Assembly (NCBI GenBank): GCA_041666145.1
Contig: JBAYHK010000004.1
Coordinates: 20,542-84,541 of the forward strand
Direction of reading: 5' to 3'
Length of the DNA stretch: 64,000 bases
Source: Patescibacteria group bacterium
GTDB taxonomy: Bacteria; Patescibacteriota; Patescibacteriia; UBA9934
Shown here: one piece after another, positions 26,934 through 37,459 of the stretch
Layout of the letters: the number at the start of each line of letters is the position of its first letter
Position numbering within the stretch: position 1 is the stretch's first letter
Notes under the pieces: model-generated
The model's input: only the letters and a program-made list of their open reading frames with translations
Database searches by the model: none
What the model was told of the DNA's origin: nothing
Translations under genes and position numbers: made by a program

Positions 26934-27497
26934 TTAGCAACCCCCTTCTTTTGTACAAATATTGTAAATTCTATCTGCAACTTCCTCGATAGTACCCATG
27001 CCGTCGATGTCGCGAACAAGTCCTTGTTCGCGATAATGATCGATCATCGGATCTGTCACTTTGTAATACAAATCTAAACGATGCTGAATAACGTCCGGAG
27101 TGTCATCTATTCGATGCTCAGTACGAGCTCGATTCACAATCCGTGCAATCGACTCTTCTCGTGGAACATGAATAACGACCACAGCAGTTGGAACATCATG
27201 CGCTGCGTATGCGTCGTACTGATCTTGATTCCGAGGAAATCCATCAAGAATATATCCGCTGGTCGCATCTGGTTGCTCAAGACGCTGGCGAAGAACTTCT
27301 ACAACAATTGATCCAGGAACCAAGTCGCCACGTTCCTGAACGGCACGAATTCGCTCGGCAAGATCATCTATTCCTACGGCCGCGTCACGAAGAATCTGGC
27401 CCATAGAAAGAGCAGGAATTCCCAGTCTTTCACTCAAAATCGCCGCCTGTGTTCCCTTCCCGCACCCCTGTGGACCTAAGAGAAAAATGCGATGCAT
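26934..27497 (-). CDS. adk: Adenylate kinase
   Basis: GPQGCGKGTQA P-loop, short (no zinc lid). Confidence 0.9.
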   Translation of the reverse strand: MHRIFLLGPQGCGKGTQAAILSERLGIPALSMGQILRDAAVGIDDLAERIRAVQERGDLVPGSIVVEVLRQRLEQPDATSGYILDGFPRNQDQYDAYAAHDVPTAVVVIHVPREESIARIVNRARTEHRIDDTPDVIQHRLDLYYKVTDPMIDHYREQGLVRDIDGMGTIEEVADRIYNICTKEGGC

Positions 27498-27576
27498 ACG
27501 CGAAGAATACTACAACCTCCGGCCGCTTTATGCGAGTCCGGAGGTTGGAGAAATCTCACAAAAACCTATGTCGTTT

Positions 27577-28833
27577 TTACACATCGTACGAACGCATCGA
27601 AAGCTGAGACTGAACCTGTTTCACGATGTCGATAACAACGGAAACAACGATAATGATAGAGGATCCACCAACACTCAAACTCTGATTTCCGGTAATTCCT
27701 TGGACGATGTTCGGGAGTATCGCAATAAGACTAAGGAAGAACGCACCAGAAAGGAGCATGCGATTCATGATCCATTGCAGATACTTTGTTGTTTGCTCAC
27801 CAGGACGAACACCGGGAATAAATCCTCCCTGCTTCTGCAAATTCTCTGCAATCTGCTCTGGACGGAAAACGATCGAGGCGTAAAAGAACGTAAAGGCAAA
27901 AACAAGAGCAAAGTATAAGACTGCGTAAAAAACATTGTTCTGGAATGTAACAATCACCCACTGCGCAATGTTCTGAACAACCTCTGTTCTTGCCTGAGCA
28001 AAAAACTGCGCCAAAAGCGGAGGAAGGGCAACAATGGAAAGAGCAAAGATGATCGGAATCATGCCTCCAATATTCAAACGAAGCGGCAATGATGATTGCA
28101 CTTTTCCAGACATCTGTGACCCTCCACGGGCATATTGCACAGGGATATTTCGCTGACCCTCAGAAACAACCACAACGCCAACGATCGTCACTACAGTCAA
28201 AACGGCGAACAAGATCATGTTCAGCATGTCTGCCGAAGTGTATGTCGCTAATGCCTGAGCTACTGCACTTGGCAAACCAGCCATGATACCTGCAAAAATC
28301 AACAAAGAAATACCATTTCCCATTTTTCGCTCTGTTGCCAATTCACCAAGCCACATCAAAAAGACTGTGCCGGCTGCCATACAAACCATCGCAAGAATGA
28401 ACGTCCATCCATCAAGAACAATCCCAGTTGTTGACTTTGCTTCTAACAATTTAAGAACACCGAATCCTTGCAAGAAGGCGAGCGGAACTGTGGCAATGCG
28501 TGTATAGCGATTTATTGTCTGGCGACCCTGCTCTTCCTTCTGCATCTCTTCAATGCTTGGAAAAATCATGCCAAGCAACTGGAAAATAATCGACGCGGTA
28601 ATATACGGAGAAACACCCAACGCAACAAGTGAAAAATTGTTGAGCGTGCCTCCGGAAAACATGTTCAAAAGACCAAGAAACTGGTTCCCAGCTAATAACG
28701 ACGACAATGCTGACGCATCAATACCAGGAACAGGAACGTGTGCCGCAATGCGGAACACGACAATGACGAACACGAGAAATAAGAGCGCATTGCGAATTTC
28801 TGGAGTGCGAAAGATGCGTTTCAAGGTTTCCAT
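27577..28833 (-). CDS. secY: Preprotein translocase SecY
   Basis: 418 aa, 10 TM, conserved SecY motifs. Confidence 0.9.
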   Translation of the reverse strand: METLKRIFRTPEIRNALLFLVFVIVVFRIAAHVPVPGIDASALSSLLAGNQFLGLLNMFSGGTLNNFSLVALGVSPYITASIIFQLLGMIFPSIEEMQKEEQGRQTINRYTRIATVPLAFLQGFGVLKLLEAKSTTGIVLDGWTFILAMVCMAAGTVFLMWLGELATERKMGNGISLLIFAGIMAGLPSAVAQALATYTSADMLNMILFAVLTVVTIVGVVVVSEGQRNIPVQYARGGSQMSGKVQSSLPLRLNIGGMIPIIFALSIVALPPLLAQFFAQARTEVVQNIAQWVIVTFQNNVFYAVLYFALVFAFTFFYASIVFRPEQIAENLQKQGGFIPGVRPGEQTTKYLQWIMNRMLLSGAFFLSLIAILPNIVQGITGNQSLSVGGSSIIIVVSVVIDIVKQVQSQLSMRSYDV

Positions 28834-28847
28834 ACTTTTTGAAGAAG

Positions 28848-29285
28848 CTAAACAATCACTGAACCACCCGCTTTACTGATTTTTTCTGCTGCTGTTGCAG
28901 AAACTGCACAGTTCTTCACAGTTACGGCAGCGGAAATTTCTCCGTTACCAAGAATTTTCACCGGCAATGTTTTGTCAGTAATCAGCCCTTTCTTCATTAA
29001 CGTTGTTGGGGTAACGAATTCTCCGGCAATATATTTTGATGCAATCGCGAGGATATTGACCGCCTGTACATGTGGCGCAATAGACTTGAATCCACGAAGC
29101 TTCGGTGTTGCAAGCATGATGTGTCGCATGCCTAAACGCTTCAAACCACCAACACCAGAACGCGCACTCTGACCTTTTTGACCACGACCAGCGGTGGTAC
29201 CGCGTGAACCAAGTCCACGACCAACACGACGCTTTCCGCGTTTTGCACCAAATGCTGGACGGAGTGTAGAGAGAGTAATGGTCAT
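28848..29285 (-). CDS. rplO: 50S ribosomal protein L15
   Basis: GRGLGSRGTTAGRGQKGQ. Confidence 0.9.
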   Translation of the reverse strand: MTITLSTLRPAFGAKRGKRRVGRGLGSRGTTAGRGQKGQSARSGVGGLKRLGMRHIMLATPKLRGFKSIAPHVQAVNILAIASKYIAGEFVTPTTLMKKGLITDKTLPVKILGNGEISAAVTVKNCAVSATAAEKISKAGGSVIV

Positions 29286-29286
29286 A

Positions 29287-29883
29287 TTACGCCTTCGTTA
29301 CAAGTTCGACGTCTGGCTTACGGAGTGCTGCAAGCGCCAAGAACGTTGCTTTTGCATTGTTAATCTTATTTCCTGAACCCATAAGTTTCGAGACTGCATT
29401 TGGTACTCCAGCAAGTTCCAAAACCACACGCGTCGGACCACCACATTTCAGTCCAGTACCTTGTGGAGCTGGCTTCAAAAGGACTATCGCAGCAGCAAAT
29501 TTTCGCTGTACCTCATGTGGAAGCGTCTCCTTTACAAGCGGAACGGTGATTAAGGTTTTCTTTGCCTGACGGAATGCCTTTTCAACAGCCATTGCAACGT
29601 CAGCACCTTTAGCAACACCGAAACCTACTCGACCTCGACGGTCACCGATCACAAGACTTGCGCGAAAACGCATACGCTTTCCACCTTTTGTAACACGAGT
29701 AACGCGAGCAAGTTCAAGAATCTTTTGTTCGAATTCTCTTGGCTCTCGGTCATCGCGACGACCGCCACGAGGGCCGCCTTTTCCGCGACCTTCACCACGA
29801 CCGCCACCGCCCTGACGACCACCACGGGCATTCCCGCGAGGACTTGCTGTATTGCCCACCGTTGTTTTTGCTACGTCGGTCAT
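29287..29883 (-). CDS. rpsE: 30S ribosomal protein S5 (with R/G-rich N-terminal extension); directly followed by rplO, no rpmD
   Basis: VTRVTKGGKRMRFRASLVIGD. Confidence 0.9.
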   Translation of the reverse strand: MTDVAKTTVGNTASPRGNARGGRQGGGGRGEGRGKGGPRGGRRDDREPREFEQKILELARVTRVTKGGKRMRFRASLVIGDRRGRVGFGVAKGADVAMAVEKAFRQAKKTLITVPLVKETLPHEVQRKFAAAIVLLKPAPQGTGLKCGGPTRVVLELAGVPNAVSKLMGSGNKINNAKATFLALAALRKPDVELVTKA

Positions 29884-29886
29884 AGG

Positions 29887-30246
29887 TTAGAACTGAAGGC
29901 CGTTTTCGCGACATGCCTGAGCAAGCGCGGCAACACGACCATGATAAATATACGAACCACGATCAAAAATGACCGCAGTCACACCAGCAACAACTGCAGC
30001 TTTTGCAAGATCAACACCAACAAGCGCTGCACGTGCCATTGGCTTGTTACTTCCAGACATTTTCAAATCAGAAGCAGCACAAATCGTCACACCAGTATCA
30101 TCATTGATAAGCTGTGCACTAATGTGCTTGTCTGAACGGAAAACCGTCAAACGTGGACGAAGGGCTGTTCCATGAATTTTTGCGCGAGTACGGATAGCAC
30201 GACGTTTGGTGCCATGACGTTTCGCGAGGATATTCTTTCGCAACAT
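29887..30246 (-). CDS. rplR: 50S ribosomal protein L18
   Basis: 119 aa; LRPRLTVFRSDKHISAQLIDD. Confidence 0.9.
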   Translation of the reverse strand: MLRKNILAKRHGTKRRAIRTRAKIHGTALRPRLTVFRSDKHISAQLINDDTGVTICAASDLKMSGSNKPMARAALVGVDLAKAAVVAGVTAVIFDRGSYIYHGRVAALAQACRENGLQF

Positions 30247-30254
30247 AGGAGAGA

Positions 30255-30806
30255 TTAATCGCTCTTCGCGGCCTTACCTGCCTTACGGCGGATGATTTCA
30301 TCAGTGTAACGGAATCCCTTGCCCTTATAAGGCTCAGGCTTCTTCATTGCACGGATTTCTGCAGCAACCTTTCCAACGATCGCGGCATCAATTCCGCTGA
30401 TGGTCAAAATATTTCCTTCAATCTTTGCAACAATTCCGTCTGGAAGATCGAACTTAACTTCATGAGAAAATCCAAGCGAAAATACAAGTGTATTTCCCTG
30501 CACGTTCATCTTGAACCCAACACCATTTAGCTCCAATGACTTTGAGTATCCCTCACTAACACCAATAACCATTTGTGCAACAAGTGCACGCATAGTTCCC
30601 CAGATTGCGCGGTCTGCACGCTCTGGATCCTTTACCGTTACATCAAGACGATCCACGCCATCTTCCGAAGATAGCGAGACCTTCGCATGCGGATGAAGGG
30701 TCAATGAAAGCTCGCCTTTTGGACCCTTAACGATCACGACGCCTGCATTAATTGTTGCGGTGATGCCTGCTGGCAGAAACACCGGTTTTTTTCCAATGCG
30801 AGACAT
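30255..30806 (-). CDS. rplF: 50S ribosomal protein L6
   Basis: MSRIGKKPVFLPAGI. Confidence 0.9.
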   Translation of the reverse strand: MSRIGKKPVFLPAGITATINAGVVIVKGPKGELSLTLHPHAKVSLSSEDGVDRLDVTVKDPERADRAIWGTMRALVAQMVIGVSEGYSKSLELNGVGFKMNVQGNTLVFSLGFSHEVKFDLPDGIVAKIEGNILTISGIDAAIVGKVAAEIRAMKKPEPYKGKGFRYTDEIIRRKAGKAAKSD

Positions 30807-30807
30807 A

Positions 30808-31203
30808 TTAGTAGATTTCGCAGATAAGTTCGCCACCCAAACGACGCTTGTGCGCTTCCTTATTTGTCATTAAGCCATTTGGCGTTGAAACAATCGCAAA
30901 CCCGAATCCTGAACGAACAGTCTTAAGTTTGTCTGCCTTTACGTAAACACGACAGCTTGGCTTGCTCTTGCGAACAATCGAGGAAATGGCAGGTGCGCCA
31001 CCATCACGATAAACAAGATGCACACGAAGCATTGGCCTTGAACCATCTTGGAATGATTCGACGCCAGAAAGATATCCTTCTTTTTCAAGGATCTTTGCCA
31101 TCGCAAATTTCATTTGTGACATCGGCATGTCAGCCACCGTTGCGTGAGCAGAGCTCGCGTTACGGATACGGGTGAGCATGTCGGAAATCGGGTCGGTCAT
31201 CAT
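30808..31203 (-). CDS. rpsH: 30S ribosomal protein S8
   Basis: MMTDPISDMLTRIRNA. Confidence 0.9.
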   Translation of the reverse strand: MMTDPISDMLTRIRNASSAHATVADMPMSQMKFAMAKILEKEGYLSGVESFQDGSRPMLRVHLVYRDGGAPAISSIVRKSKPSCRVYVKADKLKTVRSGFGFAIVSTPNGLMTNKEAHKRRLGGELICEIY

Positions 31204-31207
31204 AGAA

Positions 31208-31393
31208 TTACCAGCTTGCTTTTCGAATACCAGGAATCTCACCAACGTTCGCAAGTTCACGGAAGCAGATACGGCAGAGGCCGAATGCTCTCATGAAAAA
31301 GCGCTTTCGACCACAGCGCCAGCATCGATGCACAACACGCGAGCTGAACTTCGGCGTCTTTGCCGACTTCGCAATTTGATTCGTTGTTGCCAT
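31208..31393 (-). CDS. rpsZ: 30S ribosomal protein S14 type Z (zinc-binding, 61 aa)
   Basis: CWRCGRK...CRIC. Confidence 0.9.
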   Translation of the reverse strand: MATTNQIAKSAKTPKFSSRVVHRCWRCGRKRFFMRAFGLCRICFRELANVGEIPGIRKASW

Positions 31394-31396
31394 AGC

Positions 31397-31945
31397 TTAT
31401 TTCTCTTGCGTTGGAGCGAACGGAAATCCGAGCGCTTTGAGGAGTGCAAGGCCTTCCTCATGATTCTTTGCGGTTGTTGTGATCGTTATCTGAAGGCCGT
31501 GAAGTGTTTCAATCTCATCTGGGTGTATTTCGGGAAACGCAATGTGCTCAGTAAAGCCATAGTTGAAATTTCCCTGACTATCCACTGCAGATTCTGGAAT
31601 GCCTCGAAAGTCTCGGATACGGGCAAACGCTATGTTTATGAGCTTCGTGAGGAAATCCCACATTCGCTTTCCGCGAAGCGTCACCATAACACCAACGATC
31701 ATTCCCTCACGAATCTTGAATCCAGCGATAGACTTCTTTGCTTTGGTACGAACTGGCTGTTGGCCAGTAATGCGGCGAAGAGTCTCTACCACGATATCTG
31801 CAAATTTTGCATCTTTTCCCTTTCCAAAGCCTGCATTGATCGTAAGCTTTGTAATAGACGGGGTATCGTGTGCATTTTTGTAACCAAATTGGCTACGCAA
31901 TGCTGGACCAATCTCTTTTTGCATTTTTTCTTGGAGGTTCTGCAT
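31397..31945 (-). CDS. rplE: 50S ribosomal protein L5
   Basis: ITKLTINAGFGKG. Confidence 0.9.
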   Translation of the reverse strand: MQNLQEKMQKEIGPALRSQFGYKNAHDTPSITKLTINAGFGKGKDAKFADIVVETLRRITGQQPVRTKAKKSIAGFKIREGMIVGVMVTLRGKRMWDFLTKLINIAFARIRDFRGIPESAVDSQGNFNYGFTEHIAFPEIHPDEIETLHGLQITITTTAKNHEEGLALLKALGFPFAPTQEK

Positions 31946-31946
31946 A

Positions 31947-32273
31947 CTATCCAATTTCAGTAATTCCCTTCTTCGTACGGAGCACGCGAACTTTTTGTTT
32001 ACGACCGTCATCCTTTGTAACAAATGAATAACCCACTCTTCCTTTTAGCCCGCCCTCTCCGATCACCGCAACACGCGATGCTGGAAGAGGGGCAAAAAAT
32101 GTCACACGCTGTCCAGGAACGCCCTTTCCTTTGGCCTTCACATGTTTTGTCGCCTGATTGACTCCGTCAACCACGACAAGCCCACGTGATGGAAAGGTTT
32201 GAATAACTTTCCCTTCTTTCCCTTTATGTTTGCCCGCAAGAACGCGGACATTGTCTCCTGTTTTAATTTTCAT
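31947..32273 (-). CDS. rplX: 50S ribosomal protein L24
   Basis: MKIKTGDNVRVLAGKHKGKEGKV. Confidence 0.9.
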   Translation of the reverse strand: MKIKTGDNVRVLAGKHKGKEGKVIQTFPSRGLVVVDGVNQATKHVKAKGKGVPGQRVTFFAPLPASRVAVIGEGGLKGRVGYSFVTKDDGRKQKVRVLRTKKGITEIG

Positions 32274-32282
32274 AGGAGATAT

Positions 32283-32654
32283 CTAGAGAACTTCAGGAGC
32301 AAGAGACACGATCTTTGTAAACCCTTCCGCGCGCAATTCACGGGCGATCGGTCCAAAGATACGCGTTCCTTTTGGTTCCTTAGAAGCGCGGTTAATAATG
32401 ACACCTGCATTTTCATCAAAACGAATGTAAGAACCGTCCTTTCGACGAACCTCTTTGCGCGTACGAACAATAACCGCATGAACGACGTCACTCTTCTTTA
32501 CTGACGTATGAGGAGCTGCCTCCTTTACCACCGCCGTTACCACGTCACCCAAACGCGCGTACCGCTTTTTATAGCCGCCGAGCACTCGAATGACTTGGAG
32601 TTTTTTTGCGCCGGTATTATCCGCGACGCCCATCATGGATCGATGTTGCAACAT
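32283..32654 (-). CDS. rplN: 50S ribosomal protein L14
   Basis: [17 protein letters not shown]. Confidence 0.9.
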   Translation of the reverse strand: MLQHRSMMGVADNTGAKKLQVIRVLGGYKKRYARLGDVVTAVVKEAAPHTSVKKSDVVHAVIVRTRKEVRRKDGSYIRFDENAGVIINRASKEPKGTRIFGPIARELRAEGFTKIVSLAPEVL

Positions 32655-32665
32655 ACAATGGCTGG

Positions 32666-32926
32666 TTATGTCTGGTTTACAGACACCACGCGCCAGCGCT
32701 TTCGCGCAGAGAGTGGACGCGTTTCTTCAATAGTCACTTCCTCACCTTCTTTCGCTACCATCTTTTCATCGTGTGCCATGAACTTCGTGCTCACAACATA
32801 TCGCTTTCCGTACTTTGGATGAACCTCGGTTCGATCTACACGAACAACCACCGTTTTTGGCGTCTTATTTGCAGACACGACAATGCCGATAAACTGACGG
32901 CGCATTGGTTTAATAATTTTTTCCAT
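32666..32926 (-). CDS. rpsQ: 30S ribosomal protein S17
   Basis: [19 protein letters not shown]. Confidence 0.9.
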   Translation of the reverse strand: MEKIIKPMRRQFIGIVVSANKTPKTVVVRVDRTEVHPKYGKRYVVSTKFMAHDEKMVAKEGEEVTIEETRPLSARKRWRVVSVNQT

Positions 32927-32929
32927 ACT

Positions 32930-33124
32930 TTACGAGGTTTTGAGAACAGATAGTTGTGTTTCCATTCGAGCAATACGCTTCTTTGCTTCACGTACTGTTC
33001 GAACTGCACGGAGTTGACCTACAGAAATTTTGAGTGCCATATCGCGGAGTTTTGCGCGCTCCTCAGCAATCATGCCAAGAAGTTCTTTTGCGCTCATCCC
33101 AAGGAAAGGGTTTGTTTTCGACAT
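32930..33124 (-). CDS. rpmC: 50S ribosomal protein L29
   Basis: 64 aa coiled coil; KELLGMIAEERAKL. Confidence 0.85.
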   Translation of the reverse strand: MSKTNPFLGMSAKELLGMIAEERAKLRDMALKISVGQLRAVRTVREAKKRIARMETQLSVLKTS

Positions 33125-33128
33125 AGGA

Positions 33129-33542
33129 CTAAGCTCGAGTAACTGTTTTTGTCTTTACTGGAAGCTTGTAGGCAGCAAGACGAAAAGCCTCTGCTGCAAC
33201 CTCTGGAGTCACACCATCCATCTCAAACATGACAGTTCCGGCACGGACAGGAGTCATGTAGTAGTCAACCGCACCCTTTCCCTTACCCATAGGAGCTTCA
33301 GCTCCATGGTTCGTAACTGGATGGTCTGGAAAAATACGGATCCAGATCTTTCCACCACGCTTAATCGCACGCGTCATGGCACGACGAGCCGCCTCGATCT
33401 GTCGCGCGGTTACCCACGCTTCAGTCGTAGCCTTTAGGCCGAACGAGCCAAATGCGACGTCCGTCTTTTGTGTCGCTAAGCGATCACCAGCGGTTCGACG
33501 CTTGTGCCACTTGCGATATTTCATTTTTTTCGGAAGCAACAT
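33129..33542 (-). CDS. rplP: 50S ribosomal protein L16
   Basis: [16 protein letters not shown]. Confidence 0.9.
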   Translation of the reverse strand: MLLPKKMKYRKWHKRRTAGDRLATQKTDVAFGSFGLKATTEAWVTARQIEAARRAMTRAIKRGGKIWIRIFPDHPVTNHGAEAPMGKGKGAVDYYMTPVRAGTVMFEMDGVTPEVAAEAFRLAAYKLPVKTKTVTRA

Positions 33543-33553
33543 ACGAAGATAGC

Positions 33554-34264
33554 TTACGTTCGCGGACCGCGAGATGCGGCCGGATGCTGTTCAGCAGACT
33601 CTGCCTGTACCGGTGCTGATGCTGTAGTGAAAACATCGCCACGATAAATCCACACCTTCACACCAATCACACCAAAAATAGTATTTGCACGCACACGAGC
33701 AAAGTCGATATCTGCACGAAGATTATGCAAAGGAATACTGCCGTGGGCGATAGTTTCTGTTCGAGCAATTTCTGAACCGTTCAAACGGCCAGAAAGCGTC
33801 AACTTCACACCACGAGCCCCTCCTTTTGTCACTCGCTCAATCGCCATTTTCATAGAACGACGGAACGGCAAACGTTGTTCAATTTCACGCGCAATCTGTT
33901 CTCCAACAATCTGCGCAGACAACATTGGGCGACTGACTTCCTCAACATTTATGTTAAGTGTGACACGCTGACCTCTATAGAACTCCTTCATGAGTTTCTT
34001 TTTAAGATCTTCGATTCCTGCCCCAGCACGGCCGATGATAACACCAGGCTTTGCAGCACGGATCGTGATAGTAACGCGCTTCGGCGTGCGATCGATTCCA
34101 ATGGAATCAAGACCAACATCACGCAAACTCTTACGCAAGAACTCACGAATATTCACGTCTTCGCGAAGTGCTGAAACAAATTGCTTACCGCGGGCGAACC
34201 ACTTAGAATCCCACGTATAAATCGTGGAAAGACGGAAGACTTTTGGATTGACTTTATGACCCAT
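33554..34264 (-). CDS. rpsC: 30S ribosomal protein S3
   Basis: [12 protein letters not shown]; KH domain. Confidence 0.9.
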   Translation of the reverse strand: MGHKVNPKVFRLSTIYTWDSKWFARGKQFVSALREDVNIREFLRKSLRDVGLDSIGIDRTPKRVTITIRAAKPGVIIGRAGAGIEDLKKKLMKEFYRGQRVTLNINVEEVSRPMLSAQIVGEQIAREIEQRLPFRRSMKMAIERVTKGGARGVKLTLSGRLNGSEIARTETIAHGSIPLHNLRADIDFARVRANTIFGVIGVKVWIYRGDVFTTASAPVQAESAEQHPAASRGPRT

Positions 34265-34267
34265 AGG

Positions 34268-34612
34268 TTAGGTATTCGACGATTTCGGCGCCACCACAAT
34301 TGTGATGTGCGACATACGGTGACGAATTGGTGTTGCGCGACCCTGTGCTCTAGGCGTAGAACGCTTGATCTTTGGCCCTTCGTCCACATACGCCCTAACC
34401 ACAAATAATCCTTCATCACTCAGCTTTGCATTATTCACTGCATTTGCAACTGCAGAATTTAATGTCTTCAAGACCGACTTTGCAGAGATCTTTGTTGACA
34501 CCGCTAATTGATGACGAGCTTCACGAACTGACTTGCCACGAATCAAGCTCACCACAAGACGAGTCTTGCGTGGCGCGATTCGGATAAATTTTGCTTGTGC
34601 TTTCACTTCCAT
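34268..34612 (-). CDS. rplV: 50S ribosomal protein L22
   Basis: 114 aa; RIAPRKTRLVVSLIRGKSV. Confidence 0.9.
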   Translation of the reverse strand: MEVKAQAKFIRIAPRKTRLVVSLIRGKSVREARHQLAVSTKISAKSVLKTLNSAVANAVNNAKLSDEGLFVVRAYVDEGPKIKRSTPRAQGRATPIRHRMSHITIVVAPKSSNT

Positions 34613-34623
34613 AGATTCGTGGT

Positions 34624-34929
34624 CTAACGAGCGAGTTTATTCGCTGATGGCGCAGCAGCAGGAGCTGCAGCTGCCTTTCCAGAATGACGAACAAACTTTC
34701 GCGTCAAAGAAAACTCACCAAGTTTGTGACCGACCATGTTCTCAACAATACGAACCTGCAAGAATTCACGACCATTGTGTACACCGAATGTGAAACCAAC
34801 CATTTCTGGAGTAATTGTCGATGCACGAGCCCAAGTTTTGATGACAGTTTTGTCACCTGACCGGAGCTTCCCGACTTTCTTCATGAATTTTTGGTCTACG
34901 TAAGGACCTTTTTTGAGACTTCGTGGCAT
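34624..34929 (-). CDS. rpsS: 30S ribosomal protein S19
   Basis: [12 protein letters not shown]. Confidence 0.9.
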   Translation of the reverse strand: MPRSLKKGPYVDQKFMKKVGKLRSGDKTVIKTWARASTITPEMVGFTFGVHNGREFLQVRIVENMVGHKLGEFSLTRKFVRHSGKAAAAPAAAPSANKLAR

Positions 34930-34932
34930 AGG

Positions 34933-35781
34933 CTAGGATTTGCGTTTTGCTGCGTGACGACTTCGAACGATGAATGAACTTGATGGCTTCTTGCTCTTAC
35001 GAGTATGCACACCAAGCGCTTTCTTTCCTGTTGGCGTACGAGGCTCAGTCAAACCAATAGAATTTCGAGCTTCTCCTCCACCATGCGGGTGATCGACTGG
35101 ATTCATGGCCTTGCCACGAACCGTTGGACGAATGCCACGATTACGCGTACGGCCAGCTTTTCCCCATCGAACAAGTCGCCAGTCCGGATTTGAAACAGTA
35201 CCAATCGTTGCCATGCAATCTTTTGCAACCATGCGAACTTCACCAGATGGTAATCGAAGTGTTACGCGATCGCCTTCAATGGCAAGTAATTCCGCAGCAA
35301 GACCAGCACCACGAACTAATTGACCACCCTTTCCAGGCATAAGTTCAATATTGTGAACTTGCATACCGACTGGAATCTTTTCAAGAGGAAAACGATTTCC
35401 CATTATAGGTTCACCGCGTTCTTTTGAAGAAACGATTTTCATCCCTACCGTGAGACCGAAAGGGGCAAGAACATAGCGCTTCTCTCCATCGGCGTAAGCA
35501 AGAAGTGCAACACGAGCGCCGCGATTTGGATCATATTCGATCGTCTGAACATTTGCTGGAATGTCGTATTTATCACGCTTCCAGTCAATAAGACGAATGT
35601 GACGACGTGATCCACCGCCACGATGACGAACGGAAATATGCCCCTTTGCACCACGACCAGCCATCTGCTTTTTTGGAGCAAGTAATGACTTCTCTGGTGA
35701 TGTTGAGGTGATGTCTGCAAACGACTGAACGCTCGACTTACGACGACCAGCAGTCGTTGGTTTGTATTGGATAATAGCCAT
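34933..35781 (-). CDS. rplB: 50S ribosomal protein L2
   Basis: 282 aa; GGGxRRxxRxIDF pattern. Confidence 0.9.
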   Translation of the reverse strand: MAIIQYKPTTAGRRKSSVQSFADITSTSPEKSLLAPKKQMAGRGAKGHISVRHRGGGSRRHIRLIDWKRDKYDIPANVQTIEYDPNRGARVALLAYADGEKRYVLAPFGLTVGMKIVSSKERGEPIMGNRFPLEKIPVGMQVHNIELMPGKGGQLVRGAGLAAELLAIEGDRVTLRLPSGEVRMVAKDCMATIGTVSNPDWRLVRWGKAGRTRNRGIRPTVRGKAMNPVDHPHGGGEARNSIGLTEPRTPTGKKALGVHTRKSKKPSSSFIVRSRHAAKRKS

Positions 35782-35783
35782 AC

Positions 35784-36212
35784 TTAGGCAGCAAAGACGT
35801 CAATCATTTTTCCCGCTGGCAACGTTACCATCGCCTTCTTGTATCCCTTTGTTTTTCCTTGTGTCCTGCCAAAGTGTGTTGACTGTGGTCGGACGGTGAT
35901 GACATTCACTTTCACTGGAACCACGTTATACAATTCTTTAATCGCTTGCTTCACTGCAACACGAGTTGCGTGTGACGCAACACGAAAAACAAGAACGTTT
36001 TTTTCTGCAAGCGCCGCAGACTTTTCAGTAACAAGTGGCGCAAGGATTGTTTCAGAAGCAAAACGAGAAACCACCTTGAATACTGCAGCTGGTACTTCAG
36101 ACTTTTTCGCGACGACTTTTTTTGCCGCAGACGTTTTTTTTGCAATAACAGCTGCTGTCTTTTCAGACTTCACTGTTTTTACTTCAACGTCGTTTTCTGT
36201 AATCGTATTCAT
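35784..36212 (-). CDS. rplW: 50S ribosomal protein L23 (with K/A-rich N-terminal extension)
   Basis: LAPLVTEKSAALAEKNVLVFRV. Confidence 0.85.
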   Translation of the reverse strand: MNTITENDVEVKTVKSEKTAAVIAKKTSAAKKVVAKKSEVPAAVFKVVSRFASETILAPLVTEKSAALAEKNVLVFRVASHATRVAVKQAIKELYNVVPVKVNVITVRPQSTHFGRTQGKTKGYKKAMVTLPAGKMIDVFAA

Positions 36213-36215
36213 ACT

Positions 36216-36848
36216 TTAAACGGTAAAGGTCTTGATCATGGTCTCAATCGCAGCCTTTGAAGCAAGAATTGTTCGATATTTCGCTGCATCGCGAACGTTC
36301 AAGCTATGCGCTTGAATCACCACTGTCCAAGGCAAATTTTGTACCGCACGACGAGCAACAGAATCTCCTTTAGCAACAACAACGAGCGCTGTTCCTTTTG
36401 CACCAGGCAATGCCTCACGCATTTGTGCGGCAAATTTTGTTTTTGCTTCTGGAAATGAAAAATCCTCAACAGCAACAAACGCACCATCTTGTAGCTTATC
36501 TGAAAGAACCATCGCGAGCGCTGCACGCTTCATCTTCTTATTTAGCTTCACGGAGAAATTCCGTTCTGCAAGAGGACCATGCGTAACACCACCACCAATC
36601 CAAATCGGCGAACGGCTCGAGCCGTGACGTGCGCGGCCAGTACCCTTCTGCTTCCATGGTTTCTTTCCACCACCAGAAACTTGACTACGATCTTTTGTAT
36701 GCGACAAAACAACGCGTGAATTTGCATCTTGCGCAACAATAACGTCATGAATGACATTTGAATTTGCAGGAACAGCAAACAATGCATCAGGCAACGTCAT
36801 CATGCCAGCATCCTTCCCTTGCCAATTGTAGACTTTTACTTCAGCCAT
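36216..36848 (-). CDS. rplD: 50S ribosomal protein L4
   Basis: KPWKQKGTGRARHGS. Confidence 0.9.
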   Translation of the reverse strand: MAEVKVYNWQGKDAGMMTLPDALFAVPANSNVIHDVIVAQDANSRVVLSHTKDRSQVSGGGKKPWKQKGTGRARHGSSRSPIWIGGGVTHGPLAERNFSVKLNKKMKRAALAMVLSDKLQDGAFVAVEDFSFPEAKTKFAAQMREALPGAKGTALVVVAKGDSVARRAVQNLPWTVVIQAHSLNVRDAAKYRTILASKAAIETMIKTFTV

Positions 36849-37459
36849 ACATTTCCATCAGTTGCGAAAATAGTCACCAAGCTTCCACGTGCACCAGGAA
36901 CCGCACCCTTAATTCCTATAATGTTCTTCTCTGTATCTATAGTGACGACTTCAAGGTTTTTCACCGTCACACGATCGCTTCCCATTCTACCGGCCATACG
37001 CATGCCTTTGAAAACACGCTGAATACCACCGGCACCAATAGAACCAGACTTGCGTTCCTGGTCTTTATGACCGTGTGTACGTGGATGGCCATGGAAACCA
37101 TGGCGCTTCACCACACCCTGGAACCCGCGACCCTTTGAAGTACCGACAATATTTACAACGTCACCAAGATTAAACGTCGCTACAGTAATAACTTCCCCTC
37201 GATTGATAGACTCTCCGTCTACAACTGGGAACTGACGCATAGTACGAAACTGTCCAAGATCACCAGTTTCTCCAACCTGCGCTTTTGCAACGCCTGTTGT
37301 TTTATCAAAACCGATTACCACGACTGCTCGTCCTTGCGCGTCTTTCCGTGTACCGACCACCACCGATGGCTCAGCCTCGATGAGTGTCACCGGAACAACC
37401 GACCCATCTGGGCGGAAAACCTGTGACATTGCAACTTTTTTTCCGAGAAGCACTTTCAT
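36836..37459 (-). CDS. rplC: 50S ribosomal protein L3
   Basis: MKVLLGKKVAMSQVF. Confidence 0.9.
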   Translation of the reverse strand: MKVLLGKKVAMSQVFRPDGSVVPVTLIEAEPSVVVGTRKDAQGRAVVVIGFDKTTGVAKAQVGETGDLGQFRTMRQFPVVDGESINRGEVITVATFNLGDVVNIVGTSKGRGFQGVVKRHGFHGHPRTHGHKDQERKSGSIGAGGIQRVFKGMRMAGRMGSDRVTVKNLEVVTIDTEKNIIGIKGAVPGARGSLVTIFATDGNVWLK

